A stretch of 64,000 nt of DNA from Gemmatimonadales bacterium (GCA_041577295.1 JBFGJG010000003.1:96001-160000), one strand, 5' to 3'; counted from the first letter of the stretch, positions 40,829 through 52,417 are shown. The notes: generated from the sequence alone by a model not told the origin. Numbers and translations are program-made.

Positions 40829-41694
40829 TTCCGGCCGCGTTCGACTACCATCGGGCCAGCTCGCTCGAGGGCGCCGCCAAGTTATTGGCGCAGCACGCCG
40901 GAGATGCCAAGCTGTTGGCAGGCGGGCACAGCCTCATCCCGATGATGAAGCTCCGTCTCGCGCAGCCGGGCGTGGTCGTTGATATCGGAGGTCTCGTTGA
41001 ACTCAGCTACATCAAGCGCCACCGCAAGCATATCGCGCTCGGCGCGCTCACGACGCACGCCTCGCTAGCTGCGTCGACTGAGCTTGGCAAGTCACACCGC
41101 GCGCTGGTCGAGGCTGCTGGTGCAATCGGTGACGTGCAGGTTCGCAACTGCGGGACCATCGGAGGCAGTCTTGCCCACGCCGATCCGGCTGCGGACTACC
41201 CAGCAGTGGTGATCGCGTTTGAGGGAGAGGTGGTCGTGAAGGGTGCCACCGGGGCGCGAACGATTCCCGCATTCAAGTTTTTCACCGGGCCGCTCTCAAC
41301 AGCGCTGGCACCAGACGAGATCGTCACCGAGGTGCGCTTGCCGACCTTCGCCGACTCAGGAAGCGCCTATGAGAAATTCGCGCAGCCAGCATCCGGATTT
41401 GCGGTGGCAGGCGTGTGCGCGGTTGTTCAGTTGGACAAAGCAGGCTCATGCCGCCAAGTGCGCTTCGCTGCGACAGGCGTCACCGACCGTCCGACCCGGC
41501 TTGCAGCAGTCGAGACGGCGCTGAAAGGTGCTCCGTGGAACGTCCATACCGTCCGTGCCGCCTGCGAGCGCGCCGACAGCGATATCAAGCATGTTTTGGA
41601 GGATGCGTACGCTAGCGCAGACTACCGACGCCATCTTCTGCGCGTCGTGGCGCGCCGAGCCGCCGAGCGCGCGATGCCGCTGTCACAATCCTAA
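40825..41694 (+). CDS. FAD-binding medium subunit, set A (CoxM/CutM-like)
   Basis: [22 protein letters not shown] and RNCGTIGGSLAHADP motifs; ATGA overlap. Confidence 0.92.
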   Translation: MIPAAFDYHRASSLEGAAKLLAQHAGDAKLLAGGHSLIPMMKLRLAQPGVVVDIGGLVELSYIKRHRKHIALGALTTHASLAASTELGKSHRALVEAAGAIGDVQVRNCGTIGGSLAHADPAADYPAVVIAFEGEVVVKGATGARTIPAFKFFTGPLSTALAPDEIVTEVRLPTFADSGSAYEKFAQPASGFAVAGVCAVVQLDKAGSCRQVRFAATGVTDRPTRLAAVETALKGAPWNVHTVRAACERADSDIKHVLEDAYASADYRRHLLRVVARRAAERAMPLSQS

Positions 41695-41768
41695 CGCTTC
41701 GGGGCGCTGCCTCTCTGATTTGGTCCTGGAGTTGCCAGAGAGCACACACCGGGTGACGTGACGATATG

Positions 41769-42623
41769 TCAGCGGGCGAGCGCCTCCTCCACCGCGCGTC
41801 GAGTCAGGACCTGCGCGAGATGGCGCCGGTAGTCGGCGCTTGCATTGAGGTCCGACGACGGGCTGCCCGCCTCGCTTGCCCCAGCGGCTGCCTCCGCGAC
41901 CGCCGAGCCTGCAGCGCCCGCCAGTGCCTGCTCGACGGCGGTCGCCCTGACTGGTGTGGTACCCATGTTGGTCAGCCCGATGGCCGCGTGCGCGATCGAA
42001 CCGTTCTTGCGCTCCACGACCGCGGCGACACCGACGATGGCCCAGTCTTGGGCGCGGCGGTTGAACTTCACGTATGACCACCCGTGCTTCTTGGCGCTGA
42101 GCTTAGGCACTCGAATCTCCACCAGCAGCTCTGTTGGCGTGACGGCCGTCTCGAACAGCCCGGTGAAGAACTCCGCCGCCGGCACGGTGCGGTCTTTCTT
42201 GCCGGATCGAATCACGAACTCGGCATCCAGCGCCAACAACACGGTTGGCAGATCTGACGCTGGATCTCCGTGTGCGACCGCGCCGCCGATGGTACCTCGA
42301 TGCCGTACTTGTGGATCGCCCACGAGTCCCGCTGCATGAGCCAGAACCGGACAGTGCTTCTTCAGTGCAGCCGAATACTCCAGGTCGTGATGGCGCGTGA
42401 GGGCACCGATGGCAATATGGTCACCGGTGGTTTTGACGTAGGAGAGATCATTGAGGCGCCCCAGATCGATGAGCATCGTGGGACGTGCGAGCCGGAGGCG
42501 CATCATCGGGAGCAGCGACTGACCCCCGGCGATGGCCTTGGCCGCTTCCCCCCCCTTCTTGAGCAGAGCTAATGCGTGATCGACGGACGATGCGACTTCG
42601 TAGTCGAACGTTGCGGGAATCAT
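41769..42623 (-). CDS. FAD-binding medium subunit, set B (CoxM/CutM-like)
   Basis: MIPATFDY, AGGQSLLP and RHRGTIGG..AHGDP motifs; ATGA overlap. Confidence 0.92.
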   Translation of the reverse strand: MIPATFDYEVASSVDHALALLKKGGEAAKAIAGGQSLLPMMRLRLARPTMLIDLGRLNDLSYVKTTGDHIAIGALTRHHDLEYSAALKKHCPVLAHAAGLVGDPQVRHRGTIGGAVAHGDPASDLPTVLLALDAEFVIRSGKKDRTVPAAEFFTGLFETAVTPTELLVEIRVPKLSAKKHGWSYVKFNRRAQDWAIVGVAAVVERKNGSIAHAAIGLTNMGTTPVRATAVEQALAGAAGSAVAEAAAGASEAGSPSSDLNASADYRRHLAQVLTRRAVEEALAR

Positions 42624-44989
42624 GATCCGCGTCCTCCCTTCGCCTGTCGAATAGCCTGCCAGACTCGTTCGGGTGAAGCCGGCATTTCGATGTTCCGCAC
42701 GCCAAGGTGCCACAGCGCATCCACCACAGCGTTGATCACTGCCGGCGTAGCGGCAATCGTCCCTGCCTCCCCGATACCCTTGACCCCCATGGGATTCGTC
42801 GGGCTCGGCGTCACGGTGCGGTCGAGCTCCACGCTCGGGATCTCGGCCGCTGATGGAACGAGGTAGTCCATCATCGACGCGGTGAGCAAACTCCCGCCGT
42901 CGTCGTATACCGCCTCCTCATACAACGCCTGGGCAATGCCCTGCGCTACGCCACCGTGCACCTGTCCGTCGACGATCATGGGATTGATCACGTTCCCGCA
43001 GTCATCGACGGCCACGTAGCGAACGATGTCCACTTTTCCTGTCTCCGTGTCGACCTCGACTACACAGATGTGGCTGCCGAAGGGGAAAGTGAAGTTCGGT
43101 GGATCGTAGACGTAAGTGGCCTCGAGACTCGGCTCTTCGCCTTCAGGCAGGCTGTGCGCGGTCCACGCCGCAAACGCCACCTCCTGTATGGGCTTCGCCT
43201 TGGCCGGCACGCCACGAACCGAGAAGCTCCCGTTCTCGAATTCGAGATCCTCTGGCGAGACTTCCAGCATGTGCGCGGCGAGGCGTTTGGCCTTCTCGAT
43301 CACTCGCCCGCAGGCGAAATGCAGCGCCACACCACCGACCGCCAAGCTCCGGCTGCCGTAGGTGTCCATGCCGAGCGGAGCGACAGCGGTGTCGCCGTGC
43401 AGCACGGTGACGTCATCGATGTCGACGCCGAGCCGGTCCGCGGCAATCTGCGACCACGCGGTCACATGGCCTTGTCCGTGTGGCGAAGTACCTGTCACGA
43501 CCTCGACCTTCCCCGTGGGCATCATGCGGACGATGGCCGCATCCCACCCTCCAGCCGTGTACCGCAATGCCCCCAGGACCTGCGATGGTGCAAGCCCACA
43601 CATTTCCACATAGCAGGAGAAACCAACACCCAGGAGACGCGTGTCGCCCCGTTGCTGACGAACCTGCTGCTCCTTTCGCAGCTTGTCGTATTCCACCATC
43701 TGGATCGAGCGATCGAGCACCTTGGCGTAATCCACGGAGTCGAACTGCAACCCCGCTGGGCTCGGGACCAGCTCGCCCTTGGGCATGAAGTTGCGCCGGC
43801 GAATGGTGACGATATCGGTACCGATCTCACGCGCCAGCCGTTCGATGGCCCGCTCGATGGCATAGTTGGATTCGGGACGCCCCGCACCACGGTACGCATC
43901 CGTGGGGGTCGTGTTGGTGAAGACGCCGGTGCACTCCAGGCTATATGCGTCCGCAGCGTAGCAGCCGTGATAGAGGAATGCACCGAGCAAAGGGACGCCT
44001 GGCGTCACGAGTTGCAGGTATGCTCCCATGTTGGCCACCAGCTTCACTCGCACACCGCGGAGCTTGCCGTCCTTTGCCGCGGCCAACTCGATGACCTGAA
44101 CGACATCGCGACCGTGGGTGGTGCTTTGATAGGCTTCCGAGCGCTCCTCGATCCACTTGATGGGACGACGCAGCTTGCGCGCCAATGCCAAGCAAAGCGC
44201 TTCCTCCGCGTACACGTTGAGCTTCGAGCCAAACCCCCCGCCAACGTCTGGGGCAATGACCCGCAGCTTGCCCTCCGGTATCCCGGTGCTCAGGGCGAGC
44301 GTGACCTTCGCCACGTGCGGGATCTGCGTGGTCGACCACATGGTAAAGTCACCAGCGATCGCTTGGGCAACGACGCACCGGGGCTCGATGGCGTTGGGCA
44401 CCAGCCGCTGTTGCACATAGCGCTCCTTCACAACCACGTCTGCGCCGGCGAATGCGGCGTCGACATCACCCTGGCTCAGCGCCCACGTGTAGCACTCGTT
44501 GCTGCCAAAGGCCTCGTGCACGAGCGGCGCACCATTGTGGAGCGCTGCCTCCGCGTCGATGACCGCCGGAAGTTGTTCGTAGTCGACCTCCACCAACTCC
44601 GCCGCGTCCTTGGCCGCTGCGCGGCTCGTCGCCACTACGACCGCGACGCCGTCACCGGCGTACCGTGCTTGGTCGCGCGTCAGTGGCCAGTGCTCGGGTA
44701 TCTTGATGTCCTCGGTAACCGGCCACGCCATGGGCAGCGGTGCATTCCACTGCTCCGCCAGCTCGGCGCCCGAGAATGCGGCCACGACACCTGGTGCTCT
44801 CTTCGCAGGTGCGAGGTCGATCTTGTTGATCTGGGCGTTCGCATAAGGGCTACGCACCACGACCGCGTAGAGTGTACCGGTTGGCGTAATCCCCTCCACG
44901 AACGTGCCCTGCCCCGAAATGAGGCGCCGGTCCTCCTTCCGCCGCACACCCCCACCCACGTATCGCTCGGCTTCTTGCATTGTCGCCAT
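42620..44989 (-). CDS. Mo-hydroxylase large subunit, form II CoxL-like, set B
   Basis: GGGFGSK, AYRGAGR (~43877-43897), GTSPHGQGH, TYGSR and KGIGEAG motifs; strong RBS AGGAGG. Confidence 0.92.
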   Translation of the reverse strand: MATMQEAERYVGGGVRRKEDRRLISGQGTFVEGITPTGTLYAVVVRSPYANAQINKIDLAPAKRAPGVVAAFSGAELAEQWNAPLPMAWPVTEDIKIPEHWPLTRDQARYAGDGVAVVVATSRAAAKDAAELVEVDYEQLPAVIDAEAALHNGAPLVHEAFGSNECYTWALSQGDVDAAFAGADVVVKERYVQQRLVPNAIEPRCVVAQAIAGDFTMWSTTQIPHVAKVTLALSTGIPEGKLRVIAPDVGGGFGSKLNVYAEEALCLALARKLRRPIKWIEERSEAYQSTTHGRDVVQVIELAAAKDGKLRGVRVKLVANMGAYLQLVTPGVPLLGAFLYHGCYAADAYSLECTGVFTNTTPTDAYRGAGRPESNYAIERAIERLAREIGTDIVTIRRRNFMPKGELVPSPAGLQFDSVDYAKVLDRSIQMVEYDKLRKEQQVRQQRGDTRLLGVGFSCYVEMCGLAPSQVLGALRYTAGGWDAAIVRMMPTGKVEVVTGTSPHGQGHVTAWSQIAADRLGVDIDDVTVLHGDTAVAPLGMDTYGSRSLAVGGVALHFACGRVIEKAKRLAAHMLEVSPEDLEFENGSFSVRGVPAKAKPIQEVAFAAWTAHSLPEGEEPSLEATYVYDPPNFTFPFGSHICVVEVDTETGKVDIVRYVAVDDCGNVINPMIVDGQVHGGVAQGIAQALYEEAVYDDGGSLLTASMMDYLVPSAAEIPSVELDRTVTPSPTNPMGVKGIGEAGTIAATPAVINAVVDALWHLGVRNIEMPASPERVWQAIRQAKGGRGS

Positions 44990-44998
44990 GGTCCCCTC

Positions 44999-45481
44999 CT
45001 ACGACGCCGTCGCCGCACCGCGCATGTCCTCGGCGGCAGCGAGAACGGCGGCGACAATATTCTGGTAGCCCGTGCAACGGCAGAGATTTCCTTCGAGCGC
45101 GTGCCGGACCTCGTGCTCGGTGGGCTCCGGGTTTTCGCGCAAGTAGCTCGCGGCGGCCATGATCATTCCTGGAGTGCAGTACCCGCACTGTAACCCATGA
45201 TGCTCGTGAAAGGCTTGCTGCATGGGATGGAGCTCTTCGTGGGCCGCGAGACCCTCGATGGTCGTGACCTCTCGGCCATCGCACTGCACGGCGAGCACAT
45301 TGCACGACTTCACAGACTCTCCGTCGAGCCACACGGTGCACGCACCGCAGGAGGACGTATCGCAGCCCACATTCGTGCCTATGAGACCGAGTTGCTCACG
45401 CAGGAAGTAGACGAGCAACGTGCGCGGCTCGACATCTGCCTCGTGCAAGACCCCGTTCACGGTGACTGAAATGTGTTTCAC
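44999..45481 (-). CDS. (2Fe-2S) small subunit, set B (CoxS-like)
   Basis: [19 protein letters not shown] and NLCRCTGY motifs. Confidence 0.92.
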   Translation of the reverse strand: MKHISVTVNGVLHEADVEPRTLLVYFLREQLGLIGTNVGCDTSSCGACTVWLDGESVKSCNVLAVQCDGREVTTIEGLAAHEELHPMQQAFHEHHGLQCGYCTPGMIMAAASYLRENPEPTEHEVRHALEGNLCRCTGYQNIVAAVLAAAEDMRGAATAS

Positions 45482-45619
45482 GGATCCACTCTCCTCAGAT
45501 GGCGATTTCGCTACCCTTCACTGCTCATCGCTTTCCGTCCCCACCCGTCGCGGCGGGATCGGCGGTATGCTCCTGCCCTCACTAATGCTCACTCCTTACT
45601 TCTCACTTTGTCCGGTCAT

Positions 45620-47995
45620 TCACTGCTCGGCCAGCGCCCCCTTCGCTTTCAAGATCTTCCACACCTTCTCGGGCGTGATCGGAATATCGATGTGACGTAC
45701 ACCGAGATGCGCCAAGGCGTCGACCACCGCATTGACGATTGCCGGCGGCGCCCCGACCGTGGCCGACTCGCCTACCCCCTTTGCACCTAGAGGATGATGC
45801 GGTGACGGCGTTACGGTCTTGTCGGTTTCCCAACGTGGGGTCTCCATAGCGGTGGGGACGAGGTAATCCATGAAGCTGCCACCCTGAATGTTCCCTGCCT
45901 CGTCGTATTGGATCTCCTCATACAGGGCCGGGGCCAACCCCATGGTGAGTCCACCGTGTATCTGACCGTCTACGATCATCGGGTTGATGATGTTGCCGCA
46001 GTCGTCCACGGCTACAAACCGTCTGACCTTTACCTCCCCGGTGCCACGATCGATGTCGACGACGCAGATGTAGCTGCCAAACGGAAATGTCAGGTTCGGA
46101 GGGTCGTAGTACGAAACCGCCTCCAATCCCGGTTCCAAGCCCTCAGGATGGTTGGTGTACGCAGCAAAGGCCACTTCCTGAATCGTCTTGCTCTTCTGCG
46201 GAGCACCCTTCACAAAGAACTTGCCCGGTTCCCACTCTAGATCCTTCTCACTCACTTCTAGGAGATGCGCAGCGATCTTGCGCGCTTTGTCTCGGATCTT
46301 GCGAGCGGCGATGGCTCCAGCCGCGCCCGCCGTGGGCGTCGATCGGCTCGCATAGGTTCCCAGCCCGTACGGCGCGGTATCGGTATCACCCTCTTCGACC
46401 TGGACATGCGCAGCGGGAATCCCGAGTTCCTCCGCCACGATCTGCGCGTACGTCGTCTCGTGGCCCTGTCCCTGAGACTTCGTTCCAAAGCGCGCGATCG
46501 CCTTCCCGGTGGGGTGAATTCGGATTTCACACGAGTCGAACATCTTGAGACCGAGAATATCGAAGTGCTTGGAAGGTCCCGCGCCGACGATCTCGGTGAA
46601 GCTCGAAATGCCGATGCCCATCAACTCGCCGCGCTGACGCTTCTCCGCTTGCTCTTTCCGGAGCCCATCGTAGTCGACGAGCTGCATCGCTTTCTCGAGC
46701 GCGGCGTGGTAGTCCCCGCTGTCGTACTCCCACCCCAGGGCCGATCGATACGGAAACTTGTCACGCGGAATGAAGTTCTTGAGCCGCAGGGCTGCAGGGT
46801 CCATCCCGAGCTCGGACGCAAGTACATCGGTGATGCGTTCGATGGTGTGCACGGCCTCCGTCACGCGGAACGAGCATCGGTACGCAATGCCACCCGGTGG
46901 TTTGTTGGTGTAAGCCGCATCCACCTCGGCGAAGGCGTGCTGGACGTCGTACGATCCGGTACAGATTGAAAAGAGACCTGCTGGGAATTTCGATGGGTTC
47001 GCCGCTGCATCGGTGTACCCGTGATCCGCCAGGGTTTTGATACGCAGCGCCGTCATCGTGCCATCGCGCTTGGCACCGAGCTCGACGGTAATGTGATAGT
47101 CCCGCGCGAAGGAATCGGCCTGGAGATTCTCCATCCGATCCTCGATCCACTTCACTGGCTTACCCAACACCACGGATGCCGCAACCGCGATCACATAGCC
47201 GGGGTACACTGGCACCTTGCCACCGAACCCGCCCCCAATGTCAGGCGAAATGATGCGGATCTTTTCCTCGGACAGCCCGACGTGACCGGCAACCAACGCG
47301 AACACGGTACGGATGGCGTGGGGTGCCTGCGTGGTCATGTACACGGTGAGCTTACCCTGGGCGCGGTCGAAGTCTGCCACACAACCGCACGTTTCGATTG
47401 ACGCGACGTGGATCCGCGGAATGTAGAGGTCCTGCTTGACCAGCACGTCGGATCCTCGCAGGGCCTTGTCCGTCCCGGACTTGTCACCCACCTCCCAATG
47501 GAAGATGTGATTGTCCTTTTTGTCCTTCTTATCGGTGCGCAGGACCGGCGCTCCGGGTTCGAGGGCCTTGAAGGGATCCACGACCACAGGCAGCGGATCG
47601 TACTCGACTTCCACCGCTTCGACCCCGTCGGCTGCCGCGTAACGATCGGTTGCGATGACCGCCGCCACTTCCTGCGCTTGATACATCACCTTGTCGGTGG
47701 GGAGCACCATTTGGGTGTCCGACATGAGCGTCGGCATCCAGTGTAGGTTGTACTGCTCTAACGTCGCACCGGTGATGACCGCGAGCACCCCCGGTATCTG
47801 CGTGGCCGCCTCGGTGTTTATAGACGTGATCGTGGCGTGCGCAAACGGGCTCCGCACGATGTCCATGTACAACATGCCGGGTAGCTGGATGTCGTCGACG
47901 TAGCGTCCCTGCCCCCGGATGAAGCGCGGATCTTCCTTCCGCTTCATGCTGTGCCCCATACCGCACACGTCTGCGGACGTCCGAGGTGCCGTCAT
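45620..47995 (-). CDS. coxL: Aerobic Mo-Cu carbon monoxide dehydrogenase large subunit, form I
   Basis: Form I signature AYRCSFR (46885-46865), [25 protein letters not shown] and [12 protein letters not shown] motifs. Confidence 0.93.
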   Translation of the reverse strand: MTAPRTSADVCGMGHSMKRKEDPRFIRGQGRYVDDIQLPGMLYMDIVRSPFAHATITSINTEAATQIPGVLAVITGATLEQYNLHWMPTLMSDTQMVLPTDKVMYQAQEVAAVIATDRYAAADGVEAVEVEYDPLPVVVDPFKALEPGAPVLRTDKKDKKDNHIFHWEVGDKSGTDKALRGSDVLVKQDLYIPRIHVASIETCGCVADFDRAQGKLTVYMTTQAPHAIRTVFALVAGHVGLSEEKIRIISPDIGGGFGGKVPVYPGYVIAVAASVVLGKPVKWIEDRMENLQADSFARDYHITVELGAKRDGTMTALRIKTLADHGYTDAAANPSKFPAGLFSICTGSYDVQHAFAEVDAAYTNKPPGGIAYRCSFRVTEAVHTIERITDVLASELGMDPAALRLKNFIPRDKFPYRSALGWEYDSGDYHAALEKAMQLVDYDGLRKEQAEKRQRGELMGIGISSFTEIVGAGPSKHFDILGLKMFDSCEIRIHPTGKAIARFGTKSQGQGHETTYAQIVAEELGIPAAHVQVEEGDTDTAPYGLGTYASRSTPTAGAAGAIAARKIRDKARKIAAHLLEVSEKDLEWEPGKFFVKGAPQKSKTIQEVAFAAYTNHPEGLEPGLEAVSYYDPPNLTFPFGSYICVVDIDRGTGEVKVRRFVAVDDCGNIINPMIVDGQIHGGLTMGLAPALYEEIQYDEAGNIQGGSFMDYLVPTAMETPRWETDKTVTPSPHHPLGAKGVGESATVGAPPAIVNAVVDALAHLGVRHIDIPITPEKVWKILKAKGALAEQ

Positions 47996-48477
47996 GCCGG
48001 TCCTCCGTCGGTGAGTTTGCGAGCGGCGTGCTGAATCGCCTTGACGATGTTCACATAGCCGGTGCAGCGGCAGAGGTTGCCCGCAATAGCTTCCCGAATC
48101 TCCGACTCCGCCGGCTCAGGGTTGGACTTCAGGAGCGCAAAGCCGGTCATGAGCATGCCGGGCGTGCAGTACCCACACTGGAGACCGTGCTCCTCCATGA
48201 ATCCCTCTTGAATCGGATGCAGCGCTCCGTTCTGCTCCAGCCCCTCGACGGTCGTAATCTCCCTGCCGTCGGCTTGCACTGCGAGCACCGTGCACGATTT
48301 CACCGGCTCGCCATCTAGCAGCACGGTGCACGCGCCACAGTGCGTGGTGTCACAGCCGATGTGCGTTCCCGTGAGCCGCAGCTGATCTCTCAGGAGGTGC
48401 ACCAGCAAGAGCCTGGACTCGACATCGCGCTCGAAAGACGTTCCGTTGACAGTCAGACGAATCGTGTGGGTCGCCAT
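47992..48477 (-). CDS. coxS: CO dehydrogenase small (2Fe-2S) subunit
   Basis: [19 protein letters not shown] and NLCRCTGY motifs; M-S-L gene order. Confidence 0.92.
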   Translation of the reverse strand: MATHTIRLTVNGTSFERDVESRLLLVHLLRDQLRLTGTHIGCDTTHCGACTVLLDGEPVKSCTVLAVQADGREITTVEGLEQNGALHPIQEGFMEEHGLQCGYCTPGMLMTGFALLKSNPEPAESEIREAIAGNLCRCTGYVNIVKAIQHAARKLTDGGPA

Positions 48478-48479
48478 GA

Positions 48480-49352
48480 CTATTTCCTCCCTGTCCGCTC
48501 GAGCGCCTTCCGCAGCGCGCGTCCGACCAGCACCCGTGCCATCGACTTCTTGTACTCGACGGAACCACGGTGATCCGCCGATGGCGTTGCGACCTCGGCA
48601 GCCAGCCGAGCCGTCTCCGCGATCACCTCGTCGGTCGGCCGCTTGCCTACCAGGTACGCCGAAGCTTCCACGCCCCGAACCGGTACCGGGCCCGCATTGG
48701 TTAGCCCGATCCCGGCGTGTTCGACCTCACCACTTTCCCCCACCGTGACCGTGACCGCAGCGCCCGCGGCCGCATAATCACCGACCTTGCGCTCGAGCTT
48801 GAAGTAAGCACCGCCCGAGCGAGGCGTCGGCATCGGCACACGAATCTCCGTCAGGATTTCGTTGGGCTCGAGCGCGGTCGTGAAGATGTCCTGAAAGAAC
48901 TCGTCGATCGGAACGCTCCGCTGACCCTTGCTGCTCGTTACGATCACCTCGGCCCCGAGCGCCACCATCGTCGCCGGGTGGTCGTTGGCGGGATCGCCAT
49001 GCGCGAGATTGCCACCGACCGTGGCGCGGTTGCGCACCAGCGGATCTGCGATGACTCGCGCAGTGTCGAAAAGAATGGGATACTTGGTTCGCACGACCTT
49101 GGACCGTTCGAGGGCCGACTCGCGCGTCGCGGCTCCGATGCGCAGCGTTCCGTCGGATTCATGGATGTACTCGAGACCGGGGATGCGGCCGATATCCACC
49201 AGGTGCTCGACACTACCCAAGCGGAGCTTGAGCAGGGGGAGCAGGCTCTGCCCACCGGACAGGACCTTGGCGCTTCCTCCCAACTCGTTGAGGAGAGCCA
49301 ACGCATCTGCCATGCTGCTCGGGGCGTGATAATCGAATGGCGCAGGGATCAC
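48480..49352 (-). CDS. coxM: CO dehydrogenase medium (FAD) subunit
   Basis: [36 protein letters not shown] and [10 protein letters not shown] motifs. Confidence 0.92.
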   Translation of the reverse strand: MIPAPFDYHAPSSMADALALLNELGGSAKVLSGGQSLLPLLKLRLGSVEHLVDIGRIPGLEYIHESDGTLRIGAATRESALERSKVVRTKYPILFDTARVIADPLVRNRATVGGNLAHGDPANDHPATMVALGAEVIVTSSKGQRSVPIDEFFQDIFTTALEPNEILTEIRVPMPTPRSGGAYFKLERKVGDYAAAGAAVTVTVGESGEVEHAGIGLTNAGPVPVRGVEASAYLVGKRPTDEVIAETARLAAEVATPSADHRGSVEYKKSMARVLVGRALRKALERTGRK

Positions 49353-49420
49353 CGAGGCTCCTTTTCTGGCCTGACGCATCGCGTCGGGCCTGTGAAGGCG
49401 GCCTCGCCGGCACCGAGGAC

Positions 49421-50560
49421 TCAGCTGTTGGCCAAGATCGGCAGCAGCTTTTCCAAGGCGTCTAACGTGTGTGCCGGCGCGAAATGGTCGACAAATGGGA
49501 GCGCCGCCTGCATTCCCCGGGCGGTTGGCTGGTAGCGGGAATCCCCCAGGAGGGGATTGAGCCAGATGACCGCACGTGCGCGAGTGGAGATAGCACGCAT
49601 GGCTCCGACCAAGCGCACCGTCTCGCCAGTGTCGAGTCCATCGCTCACGATCACCACGACGGTCTTGCCCGTGACCACCTGATTTTGGTGCACGGTCACG
49701 AACTCCGCTAGGCTATCACCGATCCGCGTCCCACCGGACCAGTCCGGCACTTCTTTGGCAAGCCGGTCGAGCGTCGCCGCGACTCGACCAGGGGCGATCA
49801 TGCGTGTAATGCGGGTCAACCCGGTATTGAACACGAAGACCTCGGTGCGGCGGACCACCCGCCTGACGGCCAGCAGCAGAGTCAGCAAGAATCTCGTGTA
49901 GGGATCCATCGAGCCGCTGGTGTCGCAGAGCAGCACGAGATCGACGTCTTTCAGGGAACGATCGCGTCGCGCCAGTGGATAGAGATCACCTTCGGATGCG
50001 ACGGCGCGGCGAAAACTGCGTCGAAGATCGACTTTGCCACCTCGACGAACGGGAACGTACCGGCGGCTCTGGCGAGTCGCCAGCCGCGCCACCGCCATCG
50101 CGAGGAGCCGCTCCATCGCCGCGAGGTCGGCGGCAGTGCACTCCTCAAACGGTCGGCGGCGCAACACGGCCTCTGGGCTGTAGCCCGGTGTGTCGCCTTC
50201 GGGGTGGTCGGGAGATTCCTGCGAGGCACCGAGCTGCACTCGCCGACCATCCCACACCCAGCGAGGCGGCCCGCGACGGTCCGCCGGATTCGGCTGACTT
50301 GGCGGCTCGGATTCCGGCGGGTCCGTCGGGGCGGCACTCCACAGCCGGGCAAACTCCTCCTCGAACACTGCCCGGTCACGCGGCCGGATCTTCAGGGTGA
50401 CTTCGAGGGCACGTTGGACCTCTCGACGATCGAGCAAATCCACGAGGGGCATGGCCCGCGTGGCGTCGAGCTCGTCTTTGAGCGTGACGGCGATTCCCCG
50501 TTTGCGCAGAGCCCCACTAAACCGAGCCAGGTGGAGCACGAGGTCTCCCTCAACCATCAC
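49421..50560 (-). CDS. coxE: VWA-domain CODH accessory protein
   Basis: MIDAS DTSGSM, WSGGTRIG, VSDGLD and IWLNPL motifs. Confidence 0.88.
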   Translation of the reverse strand: MMVEGDLVLHLARFSGALRKRGIAVTLKDELDATRAMPLVDLLDRREVQRALEVTLKIRPRDRAVFEEEFARLWSAAPTDPPESEPPSQPNPADRRGPPRWVWDGRRVQLGASQESPDHPEGDTPGYSPEAVLRRRPFEECTAADLAAMERLLAMAVARLATRQSRRYVPVRRGGKVDLRRSFRRAVASEGDLYPLARRDRSLKDVDLVLLCDTSGSMDPYTRFLLTLLLAVRRVVRRTEVFVFNTGLTRITRMIAPGRVAATLDRLAKEVPDWSGGTRIGDSLAEFVTVHQNQVVTGKTVVVIVSDGLDTGETVRLVGAMRAISTRARAVIWLNPLLGDSRYQPTARGMQAALPFVDHFAPAHTLDALEKLLPILANS

Positions 50561-51453
50561 GGGCCAGACTCGACGCCCTCCGCTGCCGCCACGAGGGCTT
50601 GCAGACCCTCTTTGTGCGTCTCACGCAGATCGTGCTCATCCTTCAAGAAGCAACCGAGGGTTTCTGCGACGATCGTCGGATCGAGATGCTCGCAGTGCAG
50701 TTGGACGAGCGCCTGAGCCCAATCGATCGTCTCCGCGACGCCGGGGATCTTTCGCAGGTGGCGCTTGCGCAGCGCCTGCATGAAGCGCCCGATCTGTTCG
50801 GCGAGCTGCTGACTCACCCCAGGGACTTTGCTGCGGAGGATGCGCACCTCTTTCTCGAGAGTGGGATGCTCGATATAGAGGTAGAGACACCGCCGTCGCA
50901 GGGCATCGCCGATCTCGCGCGTGGCATTGGACGTGAGCACAACGTACGGGATGTGCACGGCAGTGATCGCTCCCAGCTCGGGTATCGTGACTTGGAAGTC
51001 CGAGAGGACCTCGAGTAGAAAGGCTTCGAACCCGTCGTCCGCCCGATCGACCTCGTCTACCAGCAGAACGGCCGGTCCGTCCTCGTGCGTAATGGCCTGC
51101 AGCAGGGGACGCTCGAGTAAGTACTCCCGACCGAAGATGGTGTCCTCGAGCGTTGCCGGATCTTGGCCGTCGAGCTCGGCAATCTTGAGCCGTAAGAGCT
51201 GTCGCTGATAGTTCCACTCATACAGCGCTGTGTGCACGTCGAGGCCTTCGTAACACTGCAAGCGGATCAACTCACAGCCCACCATCGAGGCCATCACTTT
51301 GGCAATCTCCGTCTTCCCCACACCGGCCTCTCCCTCGACCAGCAGGGGTTTCTTCATTTCCCGCGCCAAGTACACGGCGGTCGCGATCGCGGGCTCGGCG
51401 ACGTAGCCCGCTCGCTCCATCGCGTGTTGGAGGGCCTTGATCTCCGCCTTCAT
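50557..51453 (-). CDS. coxD: MoxR-type AAA+ ATPase, CODH maturation
   Basis: GEAGVGKT, RLQCYEG, LVDEVDRAD and ALRRRC motifs. Confidence 0.9.
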   Translation of the reverse strand: MKAEIKALQHAMERAGYVAEPAIATAVYLAREMKKPLLVEGEAGVGKTEIAKVMASMVGCELIRLQCYEGLDVHTALYEWNYQRQLLRLKIAELDGQDPATLEDTIFGREYLLERPLLQAITHEDGPAVLLVDEVDRADDGFEAFLLEVLSDFQVTIPELGAITAVHIPYVVLTSNATREIGDALRRRCLYLYIEHPTLEKEVRILRSKVPGVSQQLAEQIGRFMQALRKRHLRKIPGVAETIDWAQALVQLHCEHLDPTIVAETLGCFLKDEHDLRETHKEGLQALVAAAEGVESGP

Positions 51454-52400
51454 GAACCGCTTCCCTTGTTGCCAGCCGTCACGTAGCTCGCTGGATGCGC
51501 GAGAAACTGCTCGCGGCACGCTGCGCAGCAGAAGTAGTACGACTGGCGATCGAAGTCGGCGACGTGTCGTGCGCCGCTTGTCTGTACCACCATGCCGCAC
51601 ACCGGGTCCCGTGCCTCGTGCCGATCCGTCGGAACGGCGCTCGCATCATCATCGCGGCTCCCCACCCGACGTACCTCGCGCACGACTTCGGCGAGGATGC
51701 TGACGGCGATCTCTTCAGGCGTCCTCGCGCCAATGTCGAGACCCGCTGGGCTGTGAATCCGCGCGATCGCCTGCCGTGAGACTCCGCGGGCCGTGAGGGC
51801 GTCGCACATCTGTGCGAACCGCTGACGGCTGGCCACCAATCCCAGGTATCTAGGCGCGAGGCCGAGCGCGGTCTCGAGGGCCGCCTCATCGAAGGCACCG
51901 TACGTGGCAACCACGACATCGATCGGCTCCCCCGCGCCTCGTGGCTGGGGAGCCTGCGCCACGCGATCGGCGTCGCGATCACACACCTCTACTCGGTAGT
52001 TCATCGCTCGGGCGATCTTCGCCAAGGCGAGCGCCACGGGTGAGGCACCAAAGATGGTGAGGCGCGGCGCAGGGATGACCGGCTCGATATAAATGTCCAC
52101 GGCTCCTCCGCTGTGGCAGGTCATCGGGTGCACCGTCACGCCCTGGGCTTCGGATGGATCGGGCGAAAGGCGAATGAGACGTGGCTGGCCGTCCGCCATG
52201 GCGTCCTGCGCCTCGCGTACGACAGTCGCCTGGATACAGGTCCCGCCGAGCCATCCGTGGAACGCACCATCCATGGTGATGAGTGCAACATCACCGACGT
52301 TCGCCGAACTCGGTGGCTCACGCCGCACCACGTGCGCGATGACAAATTGCTCACCGCCGTTGCCGAGCTTCGCCGCGAGCGTAAGGACGTCAGCGTACAT
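51450..52400 (-). CDS. coxF: XdhC/CoxF family protein with C-terminal YHS domain
   Basis: GWLGGTC, MTCHSGG, YLGLVASR and PAGLDIGARTPEEIAVSILAE motifs; C-terminal DPVCGM...YYFCCAAC. Confidence 0.85.
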   Translation of the reverse strand: MYADVLTLAAKLGNGGEQFVIAHVVRREPPSSANVGDVALITMDGAFHGWLGGTCIQATVVREAQDAMADGQPRLIRLSPDPSEAQGVTVHPMTCHSGGAVDIYIEPVIPAPRLTIFGASPVALALAKIARAMNYRVEVCDRDADRVAQAPQPRGAGEPIDVVVATYGAFDEAALETALGLAPRYLGLVASRQRFAQMCDALTARGVSRQAIARIHSPAGLDIGARTPEEIAVSILAEVVREVRRVGSRDDDASAVPTDRHEARDPVCGMVVQTSGARHVADFDRQSYYFCCAACREQFLAHPASYVTAGNKGSGS

Positions 52401-52417
52401 GGGACGTCGCGGCCGGT

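Noticed and set aside
38462..44989. Calling the two extra large subunits true CO dehydrogenases
   Set aside because: They carry AYRGAGR, lacking the Cu-ligating Cys, and are in S-L-M order, i.e. form II-like enzymes of unproven substrate.
42956..45193. Long antisense ORFs (745 aa here; also 34923-36659, 58542-60035 and others)
   Set aside because: They are shadows of real high-GC genes on the opposite strand and have no recognisable motifs.
45482..45619. Short heptamer-like repeats (AAGTGAG/AAGTAAG/GAGTGAG) and a possible small gene after coxL
   Set aside because: The repeats are too short and degenerate, and there is no room or motif for a coxG-like ORF.
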